From: an uncultured Campylobacterales bacterium
Lineage (GTDB): Bacteria > Campylobacterota > Campylobacteria > Campylobacterales > QNZT01
Assembly (NCBI GenBank): GCA_964560425.1
Contig: CAZLLE010000083.1
Location: 51,743-115,742 of the forward strand
Reading direction: 5' to 3'
Length of the DNA: 64,000 nucleotides
Part shown: positions 39,172-48,794 of the stretch, one piece after another
How positions within the stretch are numbered: the stretch's first letter is position 1
How the letters are laid out: each line of letters begins with the position of its first letter
Made by a program: the position numbers and the translations under genes
The notes under the pieces: model-generated
Database searches by the model: none
The model's input: only the letters and a program-made list of their open reading frames with translations
What the model was told of the DNA's origin: nothing

Positions 39172-39906
39172 CTAAAGCCATATTTTAGATATTTTTTTTA
39201 AGTTATCAGGATTTTCAGAAGCAAACAGTTTTAATCTAGTATCAGGAAACTCCTCTTTTAGATGATAAGTCTCTTCAAGATACTCTACCATAGCCTCTCC
39301 TGAGTGTATTAATGTGGCGTTTGGAAAATATCTCTTAATTGCTTTTGAGATAAGAGGAAAATGTGTACAACCTAAAATAATAAAATCAGGCTCTTTAACA
39401 TTTTGAAAGTAGTGATTAATAACTGTCTCTAATACATTACCTTCAAAAAGTCCCTCTTCAACAATGGGAACAAATAGTGAAGGTGCTAAAGATTCTATAT
39501 TGTGGTAACCATAGTGGCGTAAAAGTCTCTCATATTTTTGGCTATTTACAGTCGCTCTTGTACCAAGGATCAATATTTTGGAGTTTTTATCACTTGTACG
39601 ATTTCTGAGTGCTAAGACACCAGGGTCAATTACGCCTGATATTTTAAATGGTGCATTTTCCATTAACTCTTCAATAGCGTAAGCACTTACTGAGTTACAA
39701 GCAGCAATCATGATATCAACATCAAAGTTTTTAAAAAACTCTAAAGCCTCAAGGGAGTATCTAATAATAGTATTTTTATCTTTTACTCCATAAGGAACTC
39801 TTGCAGTATCACCAAAATATATAATCTCTTCAAAGAGTTTATGTTCTAATAGACTTTTTACAACGGTTAGACCACCTACACCACTATCAAATACACCAGC
39901 TTTCAT
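39172..39906 (-). CDS. murI: glutamate racemase
   Basis: Motifs are GVFDSGVGGLTV, IAACNSVS and LGCTHFP (the two catalytic Cys). Confidence 0.95.
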   Translation of the reverse strand: MKAGVFDSGVGGLTVVKSLLEHKLFEEIIYFGDTARVPYGVKDKNTIIRYSLEALEFFKNFDVDIMIAACNSVSAYAIEELMENAPFKISGVIDPGVLALRNRTSDKNSKILILGTRATVNSQKYERLLRHYGYHNIESLAPSLFVPIVEEGLFEGNVLETVINHYFQNVKEPDFIILGCTHFPLISKAIKRYFPNATLIHSGEAMVEYLEETYHLKEEFPDTRLKLFASENPDNLKKISKIWL

Positions 39907-39915
39907 ATAATAAGG

Positions 39916-41295
39916 TTATGCACCATCATTCATGATTGACAAAAACTCGGTATTATTCTTTGTCTTTTTAAGTTTAGAGTATAAAAATTTAAGTGCTTCT
40001 ATATCTTCCATTTGACTCATTGCTGAACGAAGAGCCCAAACCTTTTGTAGTATTTCAGTATCAAGAAGAAGTTCCTCTTTTCTTGTACCAGATTTGAGGA
40101 TATTTATTGCTGGATAGATTCGTCTTTCACTTATGTGTCTATCAAGAACGGTTTCACTATTACCTGTACCTTTAAACTCTTCAAAAATTACTTCATCCAT
40201 TCTACTACCAGTATCAACAAGTGCAGTAGAGATAATAGTTAAACTTCCTCCAAATTCAATATTTCTAGCAGCACCAAAAAATCTTTTTGGCTTATGTAGA
40301 GCATTGGCATCTACACCACCACTTAGTACTTTTCCACTTGATGGCGTTACTGTATTGTATGCACGAGCTAATCTAGTGATTGAATCTAGTAAAATAACAA
40401 CATCTTTGCCCATCTCTACTAATCTTTTTGCTCTCTCAATTACAAGTTCTGCCACTCTTACATGGTTTGATGCAGGAAGATCAAATGTTGAGCTAAATAC
40501 TTCACCTTGTACAGATCTTTGCATATCTGTAACTTCTTCAGGTCTCTCATCAACCAATAGAACCATCAATGAAACTTCTGGATGATTTTTACTAATACCA
40601 TGAGCCAACTCTTTTAGCATTTCAGTTTTACCTGTTCTTGGTGGTGCTACAATTAGCCCTCTTTGACCCTTTCCTATTGGTGCAAATAGGTTTAACACTC
40701 TACCTGTCAATTTGTTTGGATCATATTCAAGATCTAAGATTTCATTTGGATATAGAGGTGTAAGATTTTCAAATAGTGGACGATTTCTCATCTCTCTAAG
40801 AGGTAGATAGTTGATTGCTTCAATTTTTAAAAGAGCATAATATCTCTCTTGATCTTTTGGTGCTCTCACCTGACCTGTCACAATATCACCATTTCTAAGG
40901 GCAAATTTACGAATTTGTGTGGCACTTACATAAGCATCATGAGAACTATCACTAAAGTTTACATCAGTTGTTCTCAAAAATCCATATCCATCATTTGCAA
41001 TCTCTAAAATTCCAGTAAAAAGGATAAATCCACCTTTACTTACTTGTGCTTTTAAAATTTCAAAAATTAGATCTTGTCTCTTTAATTGGTGTGGATTTTC
41101 AACTTTAAGTCCATCTGCTATTGATAGAAGATCATTTAGACCTTTTGCTCGTAGTTCTTCTATTTTATGACCCTCTACTGGTACATGGGTTCTTGTCTTG
41201 TTTTGTTTTCCTCCATGATTATTGGAGCGGTTATTTTGGGGTTTGTCCATTTTGCCTTCTTTGGAAGTATTTGTATGTAGTGATTTTTTTCTCAA
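39916..41295 (-). CDS. rho: transcription termination factor Rho (with basic N-terminal extension)
   Basis: Motifs are [30 protein letters not shown] and an RNA-binding CSD-like region. About 45 extra N/K/R/H-rich residues precede the usual N-terminus. ATG 41250 is an alternative start. Confidence 0.95.
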   Translation of the reverse strand: MRKKSLHTNTSKEGKMDKPQNNRSNNHGGKQNKTRTHVPVEGHKIEELRAKGLNDLLSIADGLKVENPHQLKRQDLIFEILKAQVSKGGFILFTGILEIANDGYGFLRTTDVNFSDSSHDAYVSATQIRKFALRNGDIVTGQVRAPKDQERYYALLKIEAINYLPLREMRNRPLFENLTPLYPNEILDLEYDPNKLTGRVLNLFAPIGKGQRGLIVAPPRTGKTEMLKELAHGISKNHPEVSLMVLLVDERPEEVTDMQRSVQGEVFSSTFDLPASNHVRVAELVIERAKRLVEMGKDVVILLDSITRLARAYNTVTPSSGKVLSGGVDANALHKPKRFFGAARNIEFGGSLTIISTALVDTGSRMDEVIFEEFKGTGNSETVLDRHISERRIYPAINILKSGTRKEELLLDTEILQKVWALRSAMSQMEDIEALKFLYSKLKKTKNNTEFLSIMNDGA

Positions 41296-41432
41296 TAGTA
41301 AGATAAGTTTATTTCATTGCCATGTGGGAAAAAAATATTTAAATCAGAAACGATGGAAAGATTTTAGTAAAATGAACTTTAAGAAATGTTTAATTTACTA
41401 AAATAACTCCGTTTTGTTTGTAAAATCAAATA

Positions 41433-42998
41433 TTATGGAAGAATATTCTTCAAAATAAAATCCGCTACCACTCTTTGCCCCTCTCTTGAGAGATGTACAT
41501 TATACCCATCTTTTTTATACCAGTCATATGATGTCTTCTCTTGAGTTGGCATTAGAGAGTCTATTACATTAATAAGTGGTATATTTAACTCTATGGAAGT
41601 TTGGATATAGGCACTTCTTATTATTTGTGTAAAGTCATCATCGTCATATTGTCTATTTGGCATAGTTAGTACAAATATAGTCATTGGTTTATAACTTCTA
41701 ATTTTATTAATAGCAATTTCTAAATTCATTCCAATTTTATTTTGAGTGTTTGGATTCCATACATCATTAATTCCAAGAGATATATCGACAATGGTATGTT
41801 CACCATTATTAGGTATTAGATTTACTGCATCTTTCCAGTTTGGTGTAAAAATATTTCCCGCAAAATCTCTTATTGTATGTCCTGATTTTGCCACAAGGTG
41901 AGAAGAAACATTATATTTTTTTAGAGTATCTCTTAGTTGATAATATAAATATTGTCCACCATGTTGTCCATCATCTGCTCTTGTACTATCACCTACACAA
42001 ATATATGTTACATCTGTAATAATGCCATTTTTTGAATCGTTTATAAGTTCTTTAATATCTTGAAATTCACCCGTAAAAATAGGTCTTTCAATAGTTTCAA
42101 TATTGCACTCAATAGGTAATCTATCTGTTGAATCATAATTTTTCCCATTTAACTCATTTTGATATATTGTTTCTATCTCTTGTGGAGTTAGAGGACGATC
42201 AAATAGTTTTGTTTCATCTAGTATCCCAGAAAAGCCATTATCAAACTCATTCCAAATAGTACCACCTAAAATATTTGTATCCCTAGTTAGAATAGATGTG
42301 TCTATACAGCTTTGATCGAGGTGATCTGATGGATTTCCGTTGGTATCATAGGTAGGTTGTTCTATTCCATCTAAATATATTTTTGCCTCTCCACTTTTAT
42401 GATCATAAGTTGCACTATAATGGTGTAGTCCATCTTGTATAGCATCTGTCCATATTTGTGTATTACAGTTACCATTTAGAAGTTGAAAGCGTATACGATT
42501 TTTATCCCCACCTTGCCAAAATGATATAAAATCTCTAGCTTTTCCCTCTTTATCTCTTCCATTTGAAATTTCAATAAAATGTCTATCTTGATAATCTAAC
42601 TCTCCAAAATCAACCCATGAGGATAGAGTTAATCCGTTTTCAAAACTATTTTTGATTGTAGGTAATTGAATATATCCATCTTCACTAAATTGATTGGCTC
42701 TATTTAATATTGAAGTTGTAGAAAATTTTCTATTATGAGGAGTGCCATGAAGTCCATTTTGACTGCTATCTTTTATTTTGCTATTTATAGAACATTCATC
42801 AAAACGGTACTCAAATATTAAATCTGGATTAATTTTGTTTGCATATTTTGAGAAACTATTTTCTGAGTGATAAACTTTGGTATTACTATTTTGAGCTGTA
42901 GTTGTAGTTATATCTGTAGTTCCTCCACAACCACTAAATATAATAGTAGTAAATAGTATGGATAGATAGGAATTTATAGATAATAGTATTTTATTCAT
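41433..42998 (-). CDS. lipoprotein with LamG/concanavalin-like N-terminal domain and SGNH/GDSL hydrolase C-terminal domain
   Basis: The lipobox is IIFSGC. A LamG-like pattern is present (GLHGTP...GYIQLP...LTLSSWV...LDETKLFDRPLTPQEI). SGNH blocks are CVGDSTRADDG, SLGINDVW and DGYNVHLSREG. Confidence 0.7.
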   Translation of the reverse strand: MNKILLSINSYLSILFTTIIFSGCGGTTDITTTTAQNSNTKVYHSENSFSKYANKINPDLIFEYRFDECSINSKIKDSSQNGLHGTPHNRKFSTTSILNRANQFSEDGYIQLPTIKNSFENGLTLSSWVDFGELDYQDRHFIEISNGRDKEGKARDFISFWQGGDKNRIRFQLLNGNCNTQIWTDAIQDGLHHYSATYDHKSGEAKIYLDGIEQPTYDTNGNPSDHLDQSCIDTSILTRDTNILGGTIWNEFDNGFSGILDETKLFDRPLTPQEIETIYQNELNGKNYDSTDRLPIECNIETIERPIFTGEFQDIKELINDSKNGIITDVTYICVGDSTRADDGQHGGQYLYYQLRDTLKKYNVSSHLVAKSGHTIRDFAGNIFTPNWKDAVNLIPNNGEHTIVDISLGINDVWNPNTQNKIGMNLEIAINKIRSYKPMTIFVLTMPNRQYDDDDFTQIIRSAYIQTSIELNIPLINVIDSLMPTQEKTSYDWYKKDGYNVHLSREGQRVVADFILKNILP

Positions 42999-43202
42999 AA
43001 TAATAGGTTCCTTTTAGATGAGTTGGTTTAAAATTTATATGCAAAAAAAGTGAAATAATCGTGGAGTATCTATTTAAGTTTTTATATTAAAAAATATTTT
43101 ACCTTTGAATTCTTTATTTAATCTTAAAAAATAAAAAACAAAGTTTTTATAATTTTAATAAAAGTATAATATATTCAAATCTTATAAAGGAATAGTATTT
43201 AG

Positions 43203-43826
43203 ATGTCTTTTTCAAAAACTATTAATTGTCCACAATGTGGTGTTTCTTTAAATAATGTTATAAAATATACAGCTTTGATGAAATGTCCTCAATGTGGTAG
43301 TGTATTAGTTTATGAAAATGAATCTTTTCGTTCGATGGGTAAAATTGCAACACTTGCAGATGAGCCATCTTTACTTTGTTTAAATCAATCTTTTTCATAA
43401 CAAGATGTAAAATTTACTCCTATTGGAAAAGTTCGTTATAGATATGATATAGGTTTTTGGGAAGAGTGGTTTGTGATTGACTCAAAAGGAAAAGAGTTTT
43501 GGGTGAGTGTTGATGAGGGTGATTTTGCTTTTGAAGTACCTTTTGATATCAAAAAAAAATTTCCAAAAAAGAGTGAACTTAAAGTCTCTGCAACTATATT
43601 TTTTGAGGGAATTAGCTGGGTTGTATCAGAGCTTGGCGAGGGTAGTTGTGAAGGATTTGAAGGACAATTGCCAGAGATGATTAGGATTGGTGAGAAGTTT
43701 GATTATATTCACTTTACAAGCTTAAAGGGCGAAGATTTTTTGAGTGTTGAGTGTTATAAAGATGGAACGCAAAAAGCATATCGAGGATATTGGGTAGATG
43801 CATATGAGATCAAGAGGGTTTCATGA
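43203..43826 (+). pseudogene. Zn-ribbon plus DUF4178-like protein interrupted by an in-frame TAA (43398-43400)
   Basis: Track ORFs 43203-43400 and 43473-43826 share one frame. The 72 nt between them translate without further stops into QDVKFTPIGKVRYRYDIGFWEEWFV, which continues the same domain. Only a GTG start without a clear RBS is available for the second piece. Confidence 0.5.
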
Positions 43827-45043
43827 GTAATAATAAAATTAGAGTCATTAACTGTAAAAATTGTGGTGGTTCTATGGAGATGTTTATAGAGAGTAGAAAA
43901 CTACAAACTTTAACTTGCTCATATTGTGGGAGTGTTCATGATGTGCAACATGAATTTAACATACTCTATAAATATTCAAATAATCTCAAATCAAATAGCC
44001 CTATTAAACTTGGAATGAAGGGTAAAATCAAAGATGTAGAGTTTATTGTAATTGGGGAGATTTTTTATAGTGATAAACTATATCCTGAGTCAAAATTAGT
44101 AATGAGTGATTATTTGGTTGATTATCAGCTCTACTCACCCACTCATGGTTATGCTACTCTCTCTTATGAAAATGGACACTATATTTTTTCAAGAAGAGTA
44201 AGAGATATTGCTCCAAATCTACTTAATGGTATTTTTGTGGGAAATGTAGTTGTATATAGGAATATAGCTTTTAAAGTAGTAGAAATTTATCAAACTTATC
44301 TATATCAGGTAAAAGGAGCTTTGAGCTGGAGGGCAAAAAAGGGTGATAAAACAGCCGTAGTTATGGCTAGTTCACCACCATATATGATATCTTATGAGAA
44401 GAGTAGAAATGAGATAGAGTACTATTTTGAGGAGTATATTAAACCTGAGATTATTTTTGAAGGGTTTAATATCAAAAATGATCAAGAGGATCATCGTCTT
44501 GGAGTTCATAGTGCTCAACTTTTTGATTCACCTATTTTACAAGCACTCTCAAAAGTGAGTTTTATAAGCATGATTTTCTCTATATTTGTGCTTCTATTTC
44601 TATTTATATTTGGAAGTGGAAAAGAGATTTTTTTGGATAATTGGAGTGGAACCAATTTGCAAAATGCTATCTCAAAAGAGGTTAATGTGAGTAATGTTTC
44701 GCATCTATTAAATCTCCAATTAAAAAGTTCATTTAGTGGAAATAGGTGGAGTGATTATGATATTTCACTTTTACAAAATCAAAAAGTGATCAAAAATTTC
44801 TCCAATGAACTAAATATGGCTAGAAAAAAGAGTCCAAAGATAAATATATATTTTAAGCTCCCTTCAATGGGTAAATATAATCTCAAAATTGCTTCAAAAA
44901 TAACTAAGACTCCATATATTAAAGTCTCTTTGAAGCAGAATGTTTGGACTTTGAAATATTTTTTTATGCTTTTTTTGATTAGCTTTCTCTCTTATATTTT
45001 CTATCTTTTCAAAAGATATAGTTTTGAACTAAAGAGAGATTAA
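43823..45043 (+). CDS. Zn-ribbon plus DUF4178-like domain membrane protein
   Basis: The zinc ribbon is CKNCGG...CSYCGS. A DUF4178-like beta-rich core is present (LGMKGKIKDVEFIVIGEIFY...). TM segments lie near residues 240-265 and at the C-terminus. It overlaps the upstream gene by 4 nt. Confidence 0.7.
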   Translation: MSNNKIRVINCKNCGGSMEMFIESRKLQTLTCSYCGSVHDVQHEFNILYKYSNNLKSNSPIKLGMKGKIKDVEFIVIGEIFYSDKLYPESKLVMSDYLVDYQLYSPTHGYATLSYENGHYIFSRRVRDIAPNLLNGIFVGNVVVYRNIAFKVVEIYQTYLYQVKGALSWRAKKGDKTAVVMASSPPYMISYEKSRNEIEYYFEEYIKPEIIFEGFNIKNDQEDHRLGVHSAQLFDSPILQALSKVSFISMIFSIFVLLFLFIFGSGKEIFLDNWSGTNLQNAISKEVNVSNVSHLLNLQLKSSFSGNRWSDYDISLLQNQKVIKNFSNELNMARKKSPKINIYFKLPSMGKYNLKIASKITKTPYIKVSLKQNVWTLKYFFMLFLISFLSYIFYLFKRYSFELKRD

Positions 45044-45044
45044 T

Positions 45045-45215
45045 ATGATTAAAGTTTTTACATTAATATTTCTGTCTCTTACTCTTTTGGCATCATATTT
45101 AACCTATAATGATATAGCTGCTCAGGGTGTAAATGTTGAAGAGGAGAAGAGTGTGAGAAGTAGTAGCTACTCTTCGGGTGGTTTTAGTGGTGGCGGGTAT
45201 AGTTATGGGAAATAA
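45045..45215 (+). CDS. 56-aa signal/anchor peptide with Gly/Ser/Tyr-rich tail (not in ORF track)
   Basis: The product reads MIKVFTLIFLSLTLLASYLTYNDIAAQGVNVEEEKSVRSSSYSSGGFSGGGYSYGK. The ATG is 1 nt after the upstream stop and the ORF fills the otherwise empty 189-nt gap. It falls below the apparent 60-aa track cutoff. Confidence 0.5.
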   Translation: MIKVFTLIFLSLTLLASYLTYNDIAAQGVNVEEEKSVRSSSYSSGGFSGGGYSYGK

Positions 45216-45232
45216 AAACAGGAGATTTTAAA

Positions 45233-45445
45233 ATGGATGAGACAGTAATAATGCAGTTGATATCAACACTTTTATATGGGATAATTGGTTTAGTAATATT
45301 TATATTTTCACTTATTGTATTGGAGAAGATAACTCAATTCTCAATCAATAAAAAAATTGTAGAAGAGGGTAATATCGCTTTGGCAATTGTAGTAGGTTCT
45401 ATTATTATCGCTATTGGTATGATTAGTTCTTCAGCAATTCAATAA
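45233..45445 (+). CDS. DUF350 (YjfL-like) small membrane protein
   Basis: The 70-aa product has two TM helices (LLYGIIGLVIFIFSLIVL and IALAIVVGSIIIAIGMI). A GGAG RBS is present and the next gene starts at the following base. Confidence 0.65.
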   Translation: MDETVIMQLISTLLYGIIGLVIFIFSLIVLEKITQFSINKKIVEEGNIALAIVVGSIIIAIGMISSSAIQ

Positions 45446-46966
45446 GTGAAAGAGGGCAAATATTATAAAGAGAGTGCTCTTCTCTTTTCTACCTTTATTA
45501 TTGCTATTTGTGGATTAATTTATGAGCTTTTAGCAGGTACTCTATCTAGTTATCTTTTGGGAGACTCTATCTACCAATTTTCCCTAACTATTGGATTTTT
45601 TATGAGTGCAATGGGAGTTGGTGCATGGCTTAGTCGTTTTATCAAAGATGATCTTCCAAGGGCTTTTATATATATTCAAATTGCTATTGCTATTTTGGGT
45701 GGAGTTAGTGCTGAGGTTCTATTTTTTGCTTTTAGTGTTATTCATAACTACTATTTAATATTTTTTATGGTGATAATATCTCTTGGAGCGATGATTGGTA
45801 TAGAGATACCTCTTGTTATTAGAATATTAGAGAAGAGTAGTTTGCGAGAGAATCTTTCAAATGTTTTTACTGCTGATTATATCGGAGCTCTATTTGCTGC
45901 TTTGATTTTTCCTATAGTTCTATTACCAAAATTGGGCGTAATGCAGACAAGTTTTTTTGTTGGTTTTCTCAATATTTGTGTAGCTCTTTTGGCATGGTTT
46001 ATATTTGTAGAGTTGAAAAATAGATATAAAATATTATTAGCTATTATTGCTACTAATATATTACTGTTTGTAGGATTTTTTAGTGCAAATAGTGTTATGG
46101 ATTCTCTTGAGAGTAGATTATATAAGGGTAATATTATCTACACCAAAACTACTAAATATCAGAGATTAACAATTACAAAAAATAGAGATAGAGTCAGATT
46201 TTTTATAAATGGTGCATTGCAATTTGATTCAATAGATGAGTATCGCTATCATGAGATGTTGGTGCATCCTGCTATGAATAGGGCTTTAGATCGAGAGAAT
46301 ATACTTATTTTGGGTGGTGGTGATGGACTTGCTTTAAGAGAGATATTGAAATATAAAGATGTAAAAAGTGTAATCATGGTAGATTTAGATCCTGAAGTGA
46401 CTAAAATTTTTAGATCAAATCTACTTTTGACTTCACTAAATAAAAACTCTCTAAATAGTAAAAAATTGACTATAATAAACAAAGATGCATGGAAATTTTT
46501 GCAAGAGAATCAAAATTTATATGACATAATCATAATAGATTTGCCAGATCCAAACAATATAAGTCTTAGTCGTCTATATACGACAACATTTTATAATCTT
46601 GTAAAATTAAACCTATCTAAAAATGGTATATTTACAGTTCAATCTACATCACCTCTTTTTGCAAGAGAGGCTTTTTGGTCAATTTACAAGAGTGTCTCTT
46701 TTGAAGATAACGAGTTTAAAATATATCCCTATCATGTATATATTCCAAGTTTTGGAGAGTGGGGATTTATCTTGGCAAGTCGTATGAATGTAGATTTTAA
46801 TCTTTTTGATTCTAAAATAGAGAGAAGATTTATAGATCAAAATGTGATGAAAAGATCACTTCTTTTCTCTTTAGATATGAGTCAAATAGATGTAGAGCCA
46901 AATAGATTAAGTAATCATCTTTTGATTAAATATTATAATGATGGATGGGTAAAATGGTATGAGTAA
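45446..46966 (+). CDS. membrane-fused polyamine aminopropyltransferase (spermidine synthase-like)
   Basis: GTG start. About 7 N-terminal TM helices are followed by a SpeE fold with ILILGGGDGLALRE, MVDLDPEV and IIIDLPDPNN. Confidence 0.8.
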   Translation: MKEGKYYKESALLFSTFIIAICGLIYELLAGTLSSYLLGDSIYQFSLTIGFFMSAMGVGAWLSRFIKDDLPRAFIYIQIAIAILGGVSAEVLFFAFSVIHNYYLIFFMVIISLGAMIGIEIPLVIRILEKSSLRENLSNVFTADYIGALFAALIFPIVLLPKLGVMQTSFFVGFLNICVALLAWFIFVELKNRYKILLAIIATNILLFVGFFSANSVMDSLESRLYKGNIIYTKTTKYQRLTITKNRDRVRFFINGALQFDSIDEYRYHEMLVHPAMNRALDRENILILGGGDGLALREILKYKDVKSVIMVDLDPEVTKIFRSNLLLTSLNKNSLNSKKLTIINKDAWKFLQENQNLYDIIIIDLPDPNNISLSRLYTTTFYNLVKLNLSKNGIFTVQSTSPLFAREAFWSIYKSVSFEDNEFKIYPYHVYIPSFGEWGFILASRMNVDFNLFDSKIERRFIDQNVMKRSLLFSLDMSQIDVEPNRLSNHLLIKYYNDGWVKWYE

Positions 46967-46975
46967 GGGGAATAT

Positions 46976-47707
46976 ATGAAAATAGTATTATTACTTTTAA
47001 TTGGAGTGATATTGAGTGCGGGTAATATAAAAATAGCTGTGGCAGCTAATGTTAGCTATGCAATAGAGGATTTAAAGGCGGAGTTTAATACGCTTTATCC
47101 TGATATAAAAGTTCAAGTTACACTTGGAAGTAGTGGAAAATTGACAGCCCAAATCAAAAATGGAGCTCCGTATCAACTATTTATGTCTGCAAATATGAGA
47201 TATCCAAAATCTCTATATACTGATAAAATAGCCATAACAAAACCAAAAGTTTATGCACAAGGTGGACTTGCTTTTTTGAGTAGTAAAAAAAGAGATTTTT
47301 CAAAAGGGATTAATCTCTTAAAAGATAAAAAAATATCTAAAATAGCTATTGCTAATCCAAAAACAGCACCCTATGGAAAAGCAACATTAGAAGCTTTGAC
47401 AAATGCCAAAATTTATAATGATATAAAATCAAAAATTGTCTATGGTGAATCAATCTCACAAACTCTAACATTTACATTAAGGGCTACAGACATTGGAATT
47501 GTTGCAAAATCTCTACTTTTTTCACCTAGAATGGCTAAATTTAAAAAAGGTATAAATTGGAGTGAATTAGATTCTTCTCTTTATACTCCTATTAGTCAAG
47601 GGATTGTTATGCTAAAAGATAATAGAGATGTGGAGCTATTTTATAATTTTATATTGAGTCAAAAGGCAAAAAAAATCTTGAAAAATTTTGGGTATATAGT
47701 AGAGTGA
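46976..47707 (+). CDS. modA: molybdate ABC transporter substrate-binding protein
   Basis: It has a signal peptide. AANVSYA...TLGSSGKLTAQI...NPKTAPYGKA is the ModA pattern. modB and modC lie downstream. Confidence 0.9.
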   Translation: MKIVLLLLIGVILSAGNIKIAVAANVSYAIEDLKAEFNTLYPDIKVQVTLGSSGKLTAQIKNGAPYQLFMSANMRYPKSLYTDKIAITKPKVYAQGGLAFLSSKKRDFSKGINLLKDKKISKIAIANPKTAPYGKATLEALTNAKIYNDIKSKIVYGESISQTLTFTLRATDIGIVAKSLLFSPRMAKFKKGINWSELDSSLYTPISQGIVMLKDNRDVELFYNFILSQKAKKILKNFGYIVE

Positions 47708-48099
47708 ATAGTTTAATTGCTTTGGTTGTAAAAATTGATAATGTTGATAATCTTAATATTGTTGATTTTAAATTTTTGGATCAGACTCTTAGCATGATGA
47801 GCTTGGATTTGAGTGATAATATCAGAGTTGGAAGTAGGGTTGAATTAATGGCAAATCCCTCTCATGTTGCAATAGCCAAAAATTTTAGGGGAGTATTAAG
47901 CTACTCAAATCAATTAGAGGCAAAGATAAAATCATTAGAGAATGGTAAACTTTTGAGTAGTATTAAACTCTCTATTGGAAGCTCTATATTAGAATCTATT
48001 ATTACACTTCGTTCATCTAAAAAGATGAATTTAAAAGTAGGTGATGAAGTTACAGCTCTTATTAAAGCTAGTGAACTCTCTATTTTGAGGGTTTTGTAG
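47704..48099 (+). CDS. molybdopterin-binding Mop/TOBE domain protein
   Basis: The 131-aa product has two TOBE-like halves (SRVELMANPSHVAIAK and GDEVTALIKASELSI). It lies between modA and modB. Confidence 0.7.
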   Translation: MNSLIALVVKIDNVDNLNIVDFKFLDQTLSMMSLDLSDNIRVGSRVELMANPSHVAIAKNFRGVLSYSNQLEAKIKSLENGKLLSSIKLSIGSSILESIITLRSSKKMNLKVGDEVTALIKASELSILRVL

Positions 48100-48791
48100 T
48101 GTTTGAACTATTACAAAATCTTGAATTTACTCCGTTTGTATTATCTTTTAAATTGGCTTCTATTACTACTTTGATTTTGTTTATTGTCTCTCTCCCTTTG
48201 GCTTGGTATCTATCTCAAACATCTTCAAAAATCAAACCATTTTTGGAGGCTATTACAGCTTTGCCTATTGTACTTCCTCCATCAGTTTTGGGATTTTATA
48301 TTTTAGTTGCTCTTTCTCAAAATTCACCAATTGGTACTTTCTTTGATAAATATTTTGATATCAAACTTGTATTTAATTTTACAGGGCTTGTAGTTGCTAG
48401 TTGTTTTTACTCTCTTCCTTTTATGCTTCAGCCTCTTCAGAGTGGTTTTGAAAATATAAATAAAAATATGCTTGAAGCCTCTTATCTAGCGGGTAAAAGT
48501 AAATTTGTAACTATCTTTAGAGTCGCTCTTCCAAATATAAAACCAGCTCTTTTAACTGCTATCATTATAACTTTTGCACATACTGTTGGTGAGTTTGGAG
48601 TTGTTTTGATGGTTGGTGGAAGTATTCCTGAAGAGACAAAAGTGGCTTCAGTTGCAATATATGAGATGGTAGAGATTATGGATTATAGTTCCGCTCATAT
48701 CTATAGTGCTATTATGGTTATCATGAGTTTTCTTGTATTACTTATTGTATATATTTTTAATGCCAAAGAGAATAAAAAGTTTAGGGTATAA
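48099..48791 (+). CDS. modB: molybdate ABC transporter permease
   Basis: It has five TM helices and the EAA loop EASYLAGKSKFVTIFRVALP. Confidence 0.9.
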   Translation: MFELLQNLEFTPFVLSFKLASITTLILFIVSLPLAWYLSQTSSKIKPFLEAITALPIVLPPSVLGFYILVALSQNSPIGTFFDKYFDIKLVFNFTGLVVASCFYSLPFMLQPLQSGFENINKNMLEASYLAGKSKFVTIFRVALPNIKPALLTAIIITFAHTVGEFGVVLMVGGSIPEETKVASVAIYEMVEIMDYSSAHIYSAIMVIMSFLVLLIVYIFNAKENKKFRV

Positions 48792-48794
48792 GAG

